This document shows positions 1-9,902 of a DNA stretch of 64,000 bases, in pieces. The notes beneath the pieces were generated by a model that saw only the letters and a list, made by a program, of their open reading frames with translations, ran no database searches and was not told the origin of the DNA. Every line of letters begins with the position of its first letter. Within the stretch, counting starts at the first letter, position 1. A program made the position numbers and the translations under genes. The DNA comes from Candidatus Latescibacterota bacterium. Lineage in GTDB: Bacteria > Latescibacterota > UBA2968 > GCA-2709665. Where the stretch lies: the NCBI GenBank assembly GCA_965205485.1, contig OZ242180.1:896001-960000 (forward strand), written 5' to 3'.

Positions 1-462
1 CAGGGGCGTTTCGATCTGAACGACAAGAAATGTCTCGCGGTTGGCATCGTCCACGTATGTTTCCCCGCCTGACATATAGAAGTCGGCATCGAGCCCGGCC
101 GCGTCCTGGCCGCGGTCGCCAACGGGCGGAAACTTGACGGCGTCCACCAGCATCTGCGCCTTCTCCGGCGTCGAGACGTGGGGTATCATCAGGCCGGTCG
201 CGCCGTCCTCCAGGTAACGATACAGCCTCGTTTTCTCCGTGGTGGGCGGCCGGAACATGCAGTCGATGTCGAACAGGTGGAAGTAGGCGAGCATGGACTG
301 GATTTCCCGGTCCGTGAAACACCGGTGCTCGCCGTCCAGCCAGATACAGTCGTAGCCCGCGTTCGCGGCCATGCGGATGTACGCCGGTATGAAGTGACCG
401 AGTCCGCAGATCCGGGCGGGCCTGCCATCGCGTATCTTCGCAAGCAGTTTGCTCTTGCGCAT
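1..462 (-). CDS. HpcH/HpaI aldolase family protein (3' end runs off the window)
   Basis: Not in the ORF track. Manual translation from ATG at 462 (AGGAG upstream): MRKSKLLAKIRDG...AGYDCIWLDGEH...LEDGATGLMIPHV...VKFPPVGDRG...VVQIETP, which are HpcH/HpaI motifs. Confidence 0.85.
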   Translation of the reverse strand, partial: MRKSKLLAKIRDGRPARICGLGHFIPAYIRMAANAGYDCIWLDGEHRCFTDREIQSMLAYFHLFDIDCMFRPPTTEKTRLYRYLEDGATGLMIPHVSTPEKAQMLVDAVKFPPVGDRGQDAAGLDADFYMSGGETYVDDANRETFLVVQIETPL

Positions 463-615
463 ATTGGTGACTCCTGGCTTGTGGATTGGCTTCTTCCGGG
501 ACCCTCGAGCCAGATTTTGAGCAACGGGATCGGAAATTGGATTGATATTCGTCTCGCAGAAGTGTATACCATACAGGATACGCGACAGGAACACCAGAAA
601 CTTCTGACGTGGATG

Positions 616-750
616 CCGGAAAGTCGGTGAGACGGGAGAGGTAAGACGGTAGAAGAGATCCTTGCCCGGAATGTTTTTCCTCCTTGCCTCCGGCACGAGA
701 AGAAGCCTCACAAGGCAGGCAATCTCTCCCCTCTCCCGTCTACCCTCTCA
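616..750. repeat. ~135-nt structured intergenic repeat, copy 1 (copy 2 at 13224-13358)
   Basis: Aligns with 13224-13358; shared core tccttgcctccggcacgagaagaa...acaaggcag...atctctcccctctcccgtct; complementary ends. Confidence 0.85.
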
Positions 751-783
751 CCCGGTGGTCGGGCGGCCGGGTGAAGTGTGGCC

Positions 784-996
784 CTCTACCGCCTACCCTT
801 TACCTCTAACCGACTCTGGCTGACGGCTGATCGCTGATTTAACCGACCGTTGATCTCTTTTTTCCTTTGTGTCTTTGTGTCTTCGTGTGAGTTAATGTTC
901 GATCGTAGCTGACTGAGGTTTGTGCTGTTTACGCTTTGATGTTCGACCTTTGGTTCTTGCTTTAAGCTGATGGCTGACGGCTGATAGCTGACGGCT
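784..996. repeat. Cluster of short tandem repeats (7-mers and 8-mer)
   Basis: ctctacc/gcctacc/ctttacc/tctaacc at 784-811; NGCTGAY units at 818-838 and 965-996; cttYgtgt x3 at 865-888. Confidence 0.75.
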
Positions 997-1026
997 TCTT
1001 TTCAAATCATATCGACAGGAGATACC

Positions 1027-2148
1027 ATGGCCAAATACCGAGCAGCAGTCATCGGCCTGGGATGGATGGGCATGCTCTACGATCTGGCGGAGCGTATCCC
1101 GGACCTCTTCGAAATCGACGACGTGGACCGCCCGACGCCCGAACTGGACGTCCATCGCCGGTTCTATCACCACGACCATCCGGGCACCGAAGGAAATCCG
1201 ACGTCCTATGCCGAGGCGCTGCACAACCGTCCCGAGGTGGAGCTGGCGTCTGCGGCCGACCGGGACCCGAAGCGACTCGCGGCGTTCACCGAACGCTACG
1301 GGATCGAGGCGACTTACGAGGATGCCGAAGCGATGCTGCGCGCCGAGCGCCCGGACATCGTGGCCATTGCCACGAATACAAAAGGTCGCGCCGACCTGAC
1401 GTGTCTCGCGGTACAATGCGGCGCACGCGGCATCGTTACCGACAAGCCGATGTGCCACACGCTCGAAGAGGCGGACCGCATGGTTTCAACCTGCGCCGAT
1501 GCGGGCGTCCCCCTCAATTGCGGTGCGATCTCGACGACCCACCCCTCTTTCGGAAAAGCCAGAGAACTGGTGCAAAGCGGTGCCATCGGGGAGATCCTGT
1601 CGATCGAGGCGAACTCACCGTTCGCGCAACATCAGAACTGGTCGTATTTCCTGGATAGCGCCCCTGCCTGGGTCTCAGGAATCGGAGACCTCCCCCGTCG
1701 TGGAGCGGGTACCGACGAGTTCGCGGGACCTGGAGGAAGCGACGAATTCAGGGGCCAGGGAATCATGGTCACGGAAGACCAGACGGTCGTACACTTTCGA
1801 GCGGGAGCGCCGGGGGTCCGGCTGGAGGGGAGTACGGGTGAGATCGAGTTCAGGGCGGGCCGTCGATGGCGGCTGAGCCAGCAGCTGGAGACGACCGGCA
1901 ATATTCGCGTGGAAATGCCGTGGCCGGAGCCGCAGTTCGTGCATCCGTACGGCGCTGTCTACTCGCTGAACGACGTGATCGACTGCATGGAAGGCCGCCT
2001 GGACGAGCCGAAGAACTCGGGCCGGCGGATTGCCGTGGCCCTGGAAGTGGAGATCGCGCTGAAGCTCTCCTCGGCGCGAGGCGGAGAGCGCGTGGCGCTT
2101 CCTCTTGAAGACCGTTCGCTTGGGCTGAACTACGACTGGTTCCGCTAG
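1027..2148 (+). CDS. Gfo/Idh/MocA family oxidoreductase
   Basis: N-terminal AAVIGLGWMG Rossmann motif, PDIVAIAT, DKPM (EKP-like) motif; RBS AGGAG upstream. Confidence 0.85.
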   Translation: MAKYRAAVIGLGWMGMLYDLAERIPDLFEIDDVDRPTPELDVHRRFYHHDHPGTEGNPTSYAEALHNRPEVELASAADRDPKRLAAFTERYGIEATYEDAEAMLRAERPDIVAIATNTKGRADLTCLAVQCGARGIVTDKPMCHTLEEADRMVSTCADAGVPLNCGAISTTHPSFGKARELVQSGAIGEILSIEANSPFAQHQNWSYFLDSAPAWVSGIGDLPRRGAGTDEFAGPGGSDEFRGQGIMVTEDQTVVHFRAGAPGVRLEGSTGEIEFRAGRRWRLSQQLETTGNIRVEMPWPEPQFVHPYGAVYSLNDVIDCMEGRLDEPKNSGRRIAVALEVEIALKLSSARGGERVALPLEDRSLGLNYDWFR

Positions 2149-2185
2149 AGAAGAGGAATTGCGTTTCAGAACGCGCGGCCGAGCC

Positions 2186-3166
2186 CTACGCCCACGGTAC
2201 CGGAAGCAAGAACTCGCGGGCGAGGCCCTCGAGCGACCTTACCGCTTCCGCACCGACGGGAATGCCGTTCTCCCGGTAGTCAGCCTCCTTCTTCCAGGCC
2301 CTCTGCCCCGGCAGACCCGCATCCGAAAGTCCTGGCAGCGGCTGCATCTTCGCGGTCTCGTCCATCAGGTAGCCCATGTCCGCTTTGAAGGCGTCGGGAG
2401 AGGTGAAGCGGCTCACGTCCAGGGCCATGTGAAAGCCGGACTGGTCGGCGCCCTGGAACTTCGTGGATCTCCGGTCGAATTCCGGCAGCATCTGTCCGCC
2501 CAGCGTCCCCGAGAGGATGTTGGCCACGTGGGACATGCCGATGGCCTTCACGAATACCGCAGGATTCCTGCGGACGTCCTCGTCGTCCGCCTCGAAATGG
2601 CTGGCATAATCGAGCAGGAAGTTGGGACGACCGGGGCCCGCGGGCATCCCGAAGGCCAGCGGCGGGCTGCCCTGGATGGAGCCGCGGATGCTGTCGGCGC
2701 GATTGTAGGACGGCGCCGCGTTACGGCCTGAGAGGCTGATGCCGACGAGGTCCTCCTTGAGGGCCATCCGCACGTACTTGCCTGAGCTTCCCAGATGGTC
2801 GTGATAGACAGTGGTGACCGCGCCCACGCCCAATTCTCTGGCTTTGGCAATGGCCATTCGCATCGCCCGGGTGGCGACGATCATCCCCAGGCCGCCGTCT
2901 CCGCTGAGCGCGGCGGTCGCGGGGCCTTCGTCGAGCACCCGGATGGTGGGATCGGGATTGGCGCGCCCTTCCTGGAATGAGCGGACGTAGCGCTCCACCT
3001 GCATTACGCCGTGGCTGACCACGCCGCGCAATTCAGTGTCGACCAGCAGGTCGGCGATCAGCCGGGCGTGCTCCGCGGGCAGGGGTACAGCTTCGTAGAT
3101 CGCGCATACCAGGCGCCGCAGGTCTTCAGCGGCAACGCGTATGCCGTCTTTCGGCGGGACGTTCAC
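2186..3166 (-). CDS. Ldh_2 family oxidoreductase (malate/L-lactate/ureidoglycolate dehydrogenase-like)
   Basis: ELRGVVSHG, GDGGLG, AIAKARELGVGAV and C-terminal LPG motifs; AAGGAG upstream of GTG. Confidence 0.85.
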   Translation of the reverse strand: MNVPPKDGIRVAAEDLRRLVCAIYEAVPLPAEHARLIADLLVDTELRGVVSHGVMQVERYVRSFQEGRANPDPTIRVLDEGPATAALSGDGGLGMIVATRAMRMAIAKARELGVGAVTTVYHDHLGSSGKYVRMALKEDLVGISLSGRNAAPSYNRADSIRGSIQGSPPLAFGMPAGPGRPNFLLDYASHFEADDEDVRRNPAVFVKAIGMSHVANILSGTLGGQMLPEFDRRSTKFQGADQSGFHMALDVSRFTSPDAFKADMGYLMDETAKMQPLPGLSDAGLPGQRAWKKEADYRENGIPVGAEAVRSLEGLAREFLLPVPWA

Positions 3167-3344
3167 TGAAACGCTCCTTCATTGGTTGTGAAGTCGGTCG
3201 TACCGGACGACATGCCATATAAAACCTCAGTGGCCGCCGGTGTCAAGGACGTAGCGACGCGACCTGCACCCCAATTGTGTGGCTTCGCTCCGCTCAGCCG
3301 CGCTTGATGAATGATTCGCGGGTAAAGCAGTATATATGGACGTT

Positions 3345-3377
3345 AAAAGCGCCTCGGCTCTTCGCCGGGGCGCTTTT
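3345..3377. terminator. Intrinsic (possibly bidirectional) terminator downstream of the selenoprotein gene
   Basis: aaaagcgcctcggc-tcttc-gccggggcgctttt hairpin with A/T tails on both sides. Confidence 0.7.
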
Positions 3378-3441
3378 CACGTTTGAATGCGAAAATGTTG
3401 CTGCAGCAGTCCAATATTTCTGCCGCATACCAACGGCAATG

Positions 3442-4632
3442 TCAATCGAAGTAATTCTGCCTGATGGATGCGGGAGGGGTGCGTTCGATGGGATCGTCCG
3501 ACGCGAGTTCGAATGCGAAACCGATGGGCGCGGGGCCGGGGTCGTCGAAGCGAACGTTGTAGGTGGTGCAGCCCCACCGGTCCCCGGTCGCGACGGCATC
3601 GAAGGCCTCGAAGGTCTGCCGCAGCGGATCGTACGCGAGGCGCCCATACAGTGTCATATCGAGACCCCGGGGCTTGTCAACCGTCAGGCCGCTGTGGGGA
3701 TTGGATTCGAAATTGGGTTCCCCTTCCAGGTGGATGCGGCCCTCCATGCGGAGCCGGACGAGGTCGGATTGGACAGATTCGACCGTCAGGCTGATCTCTC
3801 CGTCTTTCAGGTCTTCATCCTTCCATCCGTGCGATTGACCGCGTGCCGTGTCGATGAAGTGGCGCAGTGCGAGACGTCTGGTGAAGAAATCCGGCGCGCG
3901 CCAGGTCTGGCCGGGCACGACATTCCCGGGCACGAGAGACCCGGTCTCCTCCTGGGTAAACCACGCGAAGTCGATGTTGTGCCGGGGGTCCACGCCGCCG
4001 GAGTTCCGCGGAAGGTCGCGCACCGCGATTTTCAGTACAAGGCCGTTTTCCGGATAGGACCAACCGAGCATGGGATCGACGGGATAGGTTTCGGGAATCT
4101 CGGGTGACTCGCCGGTATCCGGGCGTTTCCGCCACCGTTCCAGGCTTTGCTCGAGCACTTCCAGGAGCGGCTCCGCATCCCGCGTGTTGATGGACCCCAG
4201 CAACTCGCCGTCCGAGGTACACGCGTACAGGCCCTGCCGGGTGGCCGTGGGTTCGGTTCGACCGCCGTAATGGCCCTGTTCGGCCACGAGGCGGAAGAAC
4301 TCGCCCTTGGCGTCTTTCTGCGTCTGGGTATAGCTGCAGTTGTCCGCAACGGGAATGTAGGATTCGTTGAGGATTCGGATAATCCTGGGATGGGAAAAGA
4401 CGGACTCACGGCCCGCGATGCCGTTGTTTCAGACGCAGCCGAGCGGGTTTCCGTTCATCGCCCAGATAAACAGCGGTCTCCCCACCGAAGCCGCGCGTCG
4501 CCGGGCAGTCCAGAGATCGGTCTCCCAGCCGATATCCGTCCACCGTACTTCCTCTGGCTTTGACCTGATCAGCGAGGACAGAGATTCAATCGTGTCCGGA
4601 CCTGGCTTCCATTCCTTTTGTCGATCAGTCAT
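3442..4632 (-). CDS. Probable selenoprotein, thioredoxin-like fold with CxU motif (in-frame TGA at 4429-4431)
   Basis: ORFs 4429-4632 and 3442-4287 are in the same frame. The gap reads ...WAMNGNPLGCV-[TGA]-NNGIAGRESVFSHPRIIRILNESYIPVADN...FFRLVAEQGHYGG with no other stop. A hairpin follows the TGA, and AAAGGAG precedes the ATG at 4632. Confidence 0.75.
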
Positions 4633-4677
4633 ATCGATCTCCTTTGTATTCTCAACTCTCGAGACCTACCCCCGTCG

Positions 4678-4920
4678 CCCCCTTCCTGAAGGAAGGGGGA
4701 ACGGTGATGAGTCGATGTACAGGGTTAAAGACGTGCCGGGATGGTGACATCCAGTCAATAAGAGTGTCTTTCGGTGACCGGCACGCGAAACCTGCCTTTC
4801 CTCCCTTTCTCCCGCGGGAGAGAGGGCCGGGGAGAGAGGTCTGCGGGGCTGGGTGGAGGAGTTGCTTTTGATCTTGCCTTTCATTTTTAGCTGATTGCTG
4901 ACAGCTGAGAGCTGATAGCT
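4678..4920. repeat. Intergenic palindromes plus 7-mer tandem repeat
   Basis: cccccttcc-tgaa-ggaaggggg (4678-4699); purine/pyrimidine hairpin ctccctttctcccgcgggagagagggccggggagagagg (4801-4839); NGCTGAN x4 (4889-4920). Confidence 0.65.
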
Positions 4921-4924
4921 TCTC

Positions 4925-5689
4925 TTAACGTTTCAATATCCCCCCGTTCACGTCGATCGTGGCGCCGGTGATATACGCTCCCATCCGCGAGGCCAGGAAA
5001 AGGGCGGCGTAGGCGATTTCCTCGGGTTGGCCCACGTAACCCAGAGGAATGAGTTCGTTGATCCGGCTGCGGGTCTCGGGAGGGATTTGCATGCTGGTTT
5101 CGATGACGCCCGGCGTGATCGCGTTGACCGTGACGTTGCTGGCAGCCAGGTCGCGGGAGAGGGTCTTTGTCATCCCGATCATCCCGGCCTTCGAGCTGCC
5201 ATAGTGGACGCCGCCGGCGACACCGCCCGTCTGGCCGCTGATGGATGATATATTGATGATGCGGCCGCTTTTCTGTTTTTCCATGTAAGGAGCCGCTGCC
5301 AGGCAGCAGAGATACGCGCCGGTGAGATTCGCGCCGATCACCCGCTGCCACTCGGCATGGTCGACACCACTATAGGGTCCCGGGCTCGACACCCCGGCAT
5401 TGTTGACCAGGACGTCGACGCGGCCGAATTGGTCGAGAGTCCTTTGGACGAAGGCGTTGACATGTGTCTCGTCCGCAACGTCGGCCTGCGCGGCGAGTAC
5501 GTCTTTCCCGGCAGACAGCGCATCGGCGACCGCTTCCAATGGACCCGCGTTGCGCGCAACCAGCGTGAGGCGGGCGCCCGCCTGATGGAACACCTGGGCG
5601 ATGCTCCTGCCGATTCCCCGGCTTGCGCCGGTGACAATGGCGACCTGTCCGGAAAGGTCCAGAAGGTCGGCAAGAGGTTTCTGGGACAT
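4925..5689 (-). CDS. SDR family NAD(P)-dependent oxidoreductase (FabG-like)
   Basis: TGASRGIG, NNAG, YGSSK catalytic motif, NAITPGVIET, DVNGG. Confidence 0.92.
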   Translation of the reverse strand: MSQKPLADLLDLSGQVAIVTGASRGIGRSIAQVFHQAGARLTLVARNAGPLEAVADALSAGKDVLAAQADVADETHVNAFVQRTLDQFGRVDVLVNNAGVSSPGPYSGVDHAEWQRVIGANLTGAYLCCLAAAPYMEKQKSGRIINISSISGQTGGVAGGVHYGSSKAGMIGMTKTLSRDLAASNVTVNAITPGVIETSMQIPPETRSRINELIPLGYVGQPEEIAYAALFLASRMGAYITGATIDVNGGILKR

Positions 5690-5772
5690 TGGGTATTCTA
5701 CTTCAGTGATGCCCGGAGACGTAAACAGAGGCTTTTCCGGCCGTGTCGACCGATCCCGTTAGTCTCCCGGGG

Positions 5773-7662
5773 TCAGATGAACTTTACGCTCTTCACTTCG
5801 CGGTTGGCCAGGCGGATTCCCCGGGCCCTGTTGCCGCGAACGGGATAGTCGGCAATGGCGAATTGCTCTTCGGTGATTCTCACGCGTGGTTTGGGCTTGA
5901 AGTTAGCCTGTATCGTACGCCTGGAGTCGGTGGTGAGTTTCAGGACACGGCAGCCTTCCGGCGCCAGTTCGTACCCCCGATTCAGGATGAACTTGCCGAT
6001 TTTGCACCGTTTGATGTAAAGATATCCGGTCCGGTTCTCCTTGTAGAGTATGTTGTAGACGCGGTCTTCATCCACGAAATCGCAGAAAAGCATGCCCTTG
6101 TCCACGAAAAGCTTCTCGGGGGCGTCCACGACGGAGTACGTTCCGGACTTGCGGATCACCAGAACACGGTCGTACGGAGACACGTCGAAAAGGGCGACGC
6201 CATTGACCTGGTGGCCCAGGTAACCGGTATTCCTGTCGTAGCGCAGCTTGAGATTTCGCTGGGCGGCTTCCCGGACGTCGACCTTCTGGATGCTTGCGAT
6301 CTCTGTCCTCCGGGGGTGATCGGCCCGGTATTTCTCTATGATCCCTTCGACGAACCCGATGGCGTAGGCCTGGATGCCGCGCAGGTTGGCACGGACCTCC
6401 CTGAGGCGCTTGCGGATTTCCTGCATTTCCTCCTGGGCCTTGTTGATATCGTAGAGCGATATGCGCCTGATGGGGATCTTGAGCAGGTTATCCACGTCCT
6501 CACGCGAGACTTCCGCCCTGATGCTCTCCCTGAAGTGTTCAAGCCCTTCGAACACCGCACGGTACACATCCTCGGAGGTGGTCTCCTCCTCGATGTTCTT
6601 GTAAATCCGGTTTTCGATGAAGATCTGTTCGAGCGTCTTCGCGTGATGCCGGGCGGTCAACCGCCGCTCTTCGAGTTTGAGTTCTTTCCTGAGCAACTCA
6701 ACCAGGCGGTCCGTATTGTATTGGATCACATCGGTCACGGTGGTGATCTGCGGCCGGTTCTCGCGTATGACCAGCAGATTCGCCGCAATTGACGTCTCGC
6801 AGTCCGTAAATGCATACAGGGCGTCGACGGTATCCCTGGTATGCACGCCGCGGGCGAGCTGGATTTCAATCTCCACCTGATCGGTCGTATAGTCGCTGAT
6901 ACCCGAGATTTTGAGTTTGCCTTTTTTGGATGCGTCTTCGATGGAGGCGATGAGGGTCTCGGTTGTCGTACCGAACGGCAGTTCGCGCACGATGATGCGT
7001 TTCGGATCCTTTGTATCCAGCCTTGCCCGGGCGAGGACCTTTCCGTTGCCGTCGTCATATTGGGAGACGTCAACCATCCCGCCCGTGGGAAAGTCGGGAA
7101 AGAGACTGATGGGTCTGTCCTGCAGACAGGCGATCTGCGCTTCGAGCAGTTCGATCAGGTTGTGCGGGAGGATCCGGGTAGTCATGCCCGCGGCGATGCC
7201 CTCGGAGCCAATGGCGAGCAGGACCGGGATCTTCGCGGGAAAAGCGAGCGGCTCGCGGTTGCGGCCGTCGTACGAATCTTCGAATTCGGTCGTCTCCGGG
7301 TTGAACAGGACCTCTCTTGCCAGAGGCGTGAGCCGGCATTCGATATAACGTGCCGCGGAGGCCTCGTCGCCCGTGAAGATGTTGCCGAAATTGCCCTGCC
7401 TGTCGATGAACAGCTCCTTATTGGCCAGATTGACGAGGGCGCCGAAGATGGAGAGGTCCCCGTGGGGATGGTACCTCATGGTCTGGCCCACGACGTTGGC
7501 GACCTTGTGGTACTTGCCGTCGTCCATCTCGTGGAGGGCGTGCAGAATGCGCCGCTGAACCGGCTTGAATCCGTCGTCGATACTGGGAATAGCCCGGTTC
7601 TTGATGGAATAGGACGCAAACTCGAGATAGTATTTTTCGTAAAGGGTGTCGACGTATGCCAC
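5773..7662 (-). CDS. parC: DNA topoisomerase IV subunit A
   Basis: RAIP..DGFKPVQRR, YHPHGD, SAARYIE (catalytic Tyr); short 629-aa form with no visible GyrA-box; downstream of parE. Confidence 0.88.
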   Translation of the reverse strand: MAYVDTLYEKYYLEFASYSIKNRAIPSIDDGFKPVQRRILHALHEMDDGKYHKVANVVGQTMRYHPHGDLSIFGALVNLANKELFIDRQGNFGNIFTGDEASAARYIECRLTPLAREVLFNPETTEFEDSYDGRNREPLAFPAKIPVLLAIGSEGIAAGMTTRILPHNLIELLEAQIACLQDRPISLFPDFPTGGMVDVSQYDDGNGKVLARARLDTKDPKRIIVRELPFGTTTETLIASIEDASKKGKLKISGISDYTTDQVEIEIQLARGVHTRDTVDALYAFTDCETSIAANLLVIRENRPQITTVTDVIQYNTDRLVELLRKELKLEERRLTARHHAKTLEQIFIENRIYKNIEEETTSEDVYRAVFEGLEHFRESIRAEVSREDVDNLLKIPIRRISLYDINKAQEEMQEIRKRLREVRANLRGIQAYAIGFVEGIIEKYRADHPRRTEIASIQKVDVREAAQRNLKLRYDRNTGYLGHQVNGVALFDVSPYDRVLVIRKSGTYSVVDAPEKLFVDKGMLFCDFVDEDRVYNILYKENRTGYLYIKRCKIGKFILNRGYELAPEGCRVLKLTTDSRRTIQANFKPKPRVRITEEQFAIADYPVRGNRARGIRLANREVKSVKFI

Positions 7663-7690
7663 GGTTTCTCCTCGTTACCGCGTAAGAACT

Positions 7691-7734
7691 CAGGGGTCAG
7701 GGAAAGACGGGACCGCGGTTTTCTCCTGACCCCT
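7691..7734. repeat. Intergenic hairpin between parE and parC
   Basis: caggggtcagg...cctgacccctg inverted repeat. Confidence 0.6.
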
Positions 7735-7761
7735 GTATCCTTGAGGGGATTGACCCGGAAT

Positions 7762-9663
7762 TCAGATCAAATTTTCGATGATGTAGTCCCTGCGTTCGGG
7801 GGTATTCTTGCCCATGTAGAAGCGGAGCGTGTTGGCGATTTCGGATATGGAACGGATATTGACTTTGACCAGCCGCATATCGTCGCCGATGAACTGGCCG
7901 AATTCCTTCGGCGAGATCTCCCCGAGCCCTTTAAACCGTGTAATCTCGGGGTTCTTGACCTCCTCCAGGGCGCTTTCGCGCTCCCGGTTGTTGTAACAGT
8001 AGCGCGTGACCTTGCTGTTCCGGACGCGGAAGAGCGGCGTTTCCAGGATATAGAGATGGCCGGCCAGCACCAGTTCCTCGAAATAATTCAGGAAATACGT
8101 GAGGAGCAGGTACCGGATGTGGTAACCGTCGTGGTCGGCGTCGGTGGCAATGACGATTTTGTTGAAACGCAGGTTTTCGATACCGTCTTCGATACCCAGC
8201 GCCATCATGAGGTTGTACAGTTCCTCGTTCTTGTACACCGCGGCCTTGTTCTTGCCGAATACGTTCAATGGAACGCCCTTGAGGCCGAAGATCGCCTGGG
8301 TGAGGACGTCGCGCGCGGCGACCATGGACCCCGCCGCCGAAGGGCCTTCGGTAATGAAGATGGTTGAGTCTTCGCCATGCTTCTTCTGGCCCAGGTGGAA
8401 TTTGCAGTCTTTAAAGTGCGGAATCTTGATTGCGATCTTCCGGGCAGCTTCCTTGGCTTCTTTCTTTACGGCGTTGAGTTCCTTTCTCAACGTTTCGTTC
8501 TGGGCGATTTTCTCGGACAGGCGCCCGGCCGCGGCCTGGTTCTTGTGAAGGAGGTCGACCACGGCGCTCTTGACCTCTGCGACAATCCAACCCCGAATAT
8601 CCGTATTCCCCAGCTTGTTCTTGGTCTGCGACTCGAAAACAGGCGCTTTGAGCTTGACGGCGACGGCGCCGGAGATGCTCTCCCGAACGTCGATGCCGTT
8701 GTAATTCTTCTTGTAGAATTCATTCACGCCCTTGAGGATGCCCTCCCGAAAGGCGCTCTGGTGGGCCCCGCCGTCGCTGGTGTGTTGGCCGTTGACGAAT
8801 GAGAAATACGTTTCCCCATAACTGGCCGTGTGGCTGAACGCGAACTCCAGGTATTGGGACTTGTGATACAATGGCTCATAGAGGGCGGTCTCGCCGACTT
8901 CGCGTGTGAGGAAGTCCAGCAATCCGTATCTGGATACGAATCGTTCCCTGTTGAAGACGAGCGAAAGTCCCCTGTTCAGGCATGCGTAGTTCCACAGTCG
9001 CTGCCGGACGTAATCGAAATTGAACGCAAAGTCATCGCCGAAGATCTGAACATCGGGCAGAAACTCGAAACAGGAGCCGTCGGGTTCCCCGGGTTTCCGT
9101 CCCTTCAGCTTCTTCTTCAACCGGCCGCGCTCGAAGCGGGCTTCGAAGTACTCTCCTTCCCGGAACGCAACCGCCCTGAAATCGGAAGCAAGGGCGTTGA
9201 CGGCCTTCGTGCCCACGCCGTTGAGGCCCACGCTGAACTGAAACACGTCATCGTTGTATTTCGCGCCGGTATTGATGATGGAAACGCAGTCGATGACCTT
9301 GCCCAGGGGAATGCCGCGGCCGTAGTCACGAACCCGGACCCGGTTGTCTTCGATGCTGACGTCGATCTTTTTTCCGAAACCCATGATGAATTCGTCTACG
9401 GCATTGTCGATGACTTCCTTCAGCAGGACGTAGATGCCGTCGTCCGGATTGGACCCGTCGCCAAGCCGGCCGATGTACATGCCTGTGCGGAGACGGATGT
9501 GTTCCAATGAGCTGAGCGTCTTGACCTTGGACTCGTCGTACCCGTGTCCGGGCGATGCGCCGTTGTTCTTCCCGGCGGTGGATCGACGGGCGGGCGCGGC
9601 TTTTCCATTAATGGAGAGCGAAAGTTGATCCGAACTGCGCACTGACGATTTCGATTCAGGCAT
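7762..9663 (-). CDS. parE: DNA topoisomerase IV subunit B
   Basis: HIRLRTGMYIG, EVIDNAVDE, DYGRGIP, GLNGVG (GHKL ATPase), TOPRIM EG.SA and DAD.DG, TRFKGLGE. Start placed at the MPESK ATG (9663) rather than the ORF-track start at 9834. Confidence 0.88.
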   Translation of the reverse strand: MPESKSSVRSSDQLSLSINGKAAPARRSTAGKNNGASPGHGYDESKVKTLSSLEHIRLRTGMYIGRLGDGSNPDDGIYVLLKEVIDNAVDEFIMGFGKKIDVSIEDNRVRVRDYGRGIPLGKVIDCVSIINTGAKYNDDVFQFSVGLNGVGTKAVNALASDFRAVAFREGEYFEARFERGRLKKKLKGRKPGEPDGSCFEFLPDVQIFGDDFAFNFDYVRQRLWNYACLNRGLSLVFNRERFVSRYGLLDFLTREVGETALYEPLYHKSQYLEFAFSHTASYGETYFSFVNGQHTSDGGAHQSAFREGILKGVNEFYKKNYNGIDVRESISGAVAVKLKAPVFESQTKNKLGNTDIRGWIVAEVKSAVVDLLHKNQAAAGRLSEKIAQNETLRKELNAVKKEAKEAARKIAIKIPHFKDCKFHLGQKKHGEDSTIFITEGPSAAGSMVAARDVLTQAIFGLKGVPLNVFGKNKAAVYKNEELYNLMMALGIEDGIENLRFNKIVIATDADHDGYHIRYLLLTYFLNYFEELVLAGHLYILETPLFRVRNSKVTRYCYNNRERESALEEVKNPEITRFKGLGEISPKEFGQFIGDDMRLVKVNIRSISEIANTLRFYMGKNTPERRDYIIENLI

Positions 9664-9902
9664 AACCCACCTTTTCGGGATCGCTTGAAACCGCAACCCC
9701 GCACGGCAAACTTCCAGCCGGGGAGACAGACGAACCTGACGCAGAGTCAGGCCTGAATGGGGCTCAAAAAGGAACCTAACTGTGGGGAAATAAAGGGGAA
9801 AGACAGCACTATAATATAGTGCATCTTTGTTCATCTTTCAAGGTGTTTTTTGCGCAGGCGCGCCAGACGGTCCGGAGGGAGTAAGGACGGGGAATGGCCC
9901 TT

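Noticed and set aside
178..630. ORFs 178-630 (+) and 189-572 (-)
   Set aside because: Shadow frames of the aldolase gene (1-462), which the ORF track missed because it runs off the window.
5743..9510. Long + strand ORFs opposite parC/parE, and similar ones elsewhere (e.g. 45413-47080, 55480-56901, 31983-33230)
   Set aside because: Antisense shadow ORFs typical of high-GC coding DNA, with no motifs.
5773..9663. Calling the pair gyrA/gyrB
   Set aside because: Short A subunit without a GyrA-box and a compact B subunit fit topoisomerase IV better.
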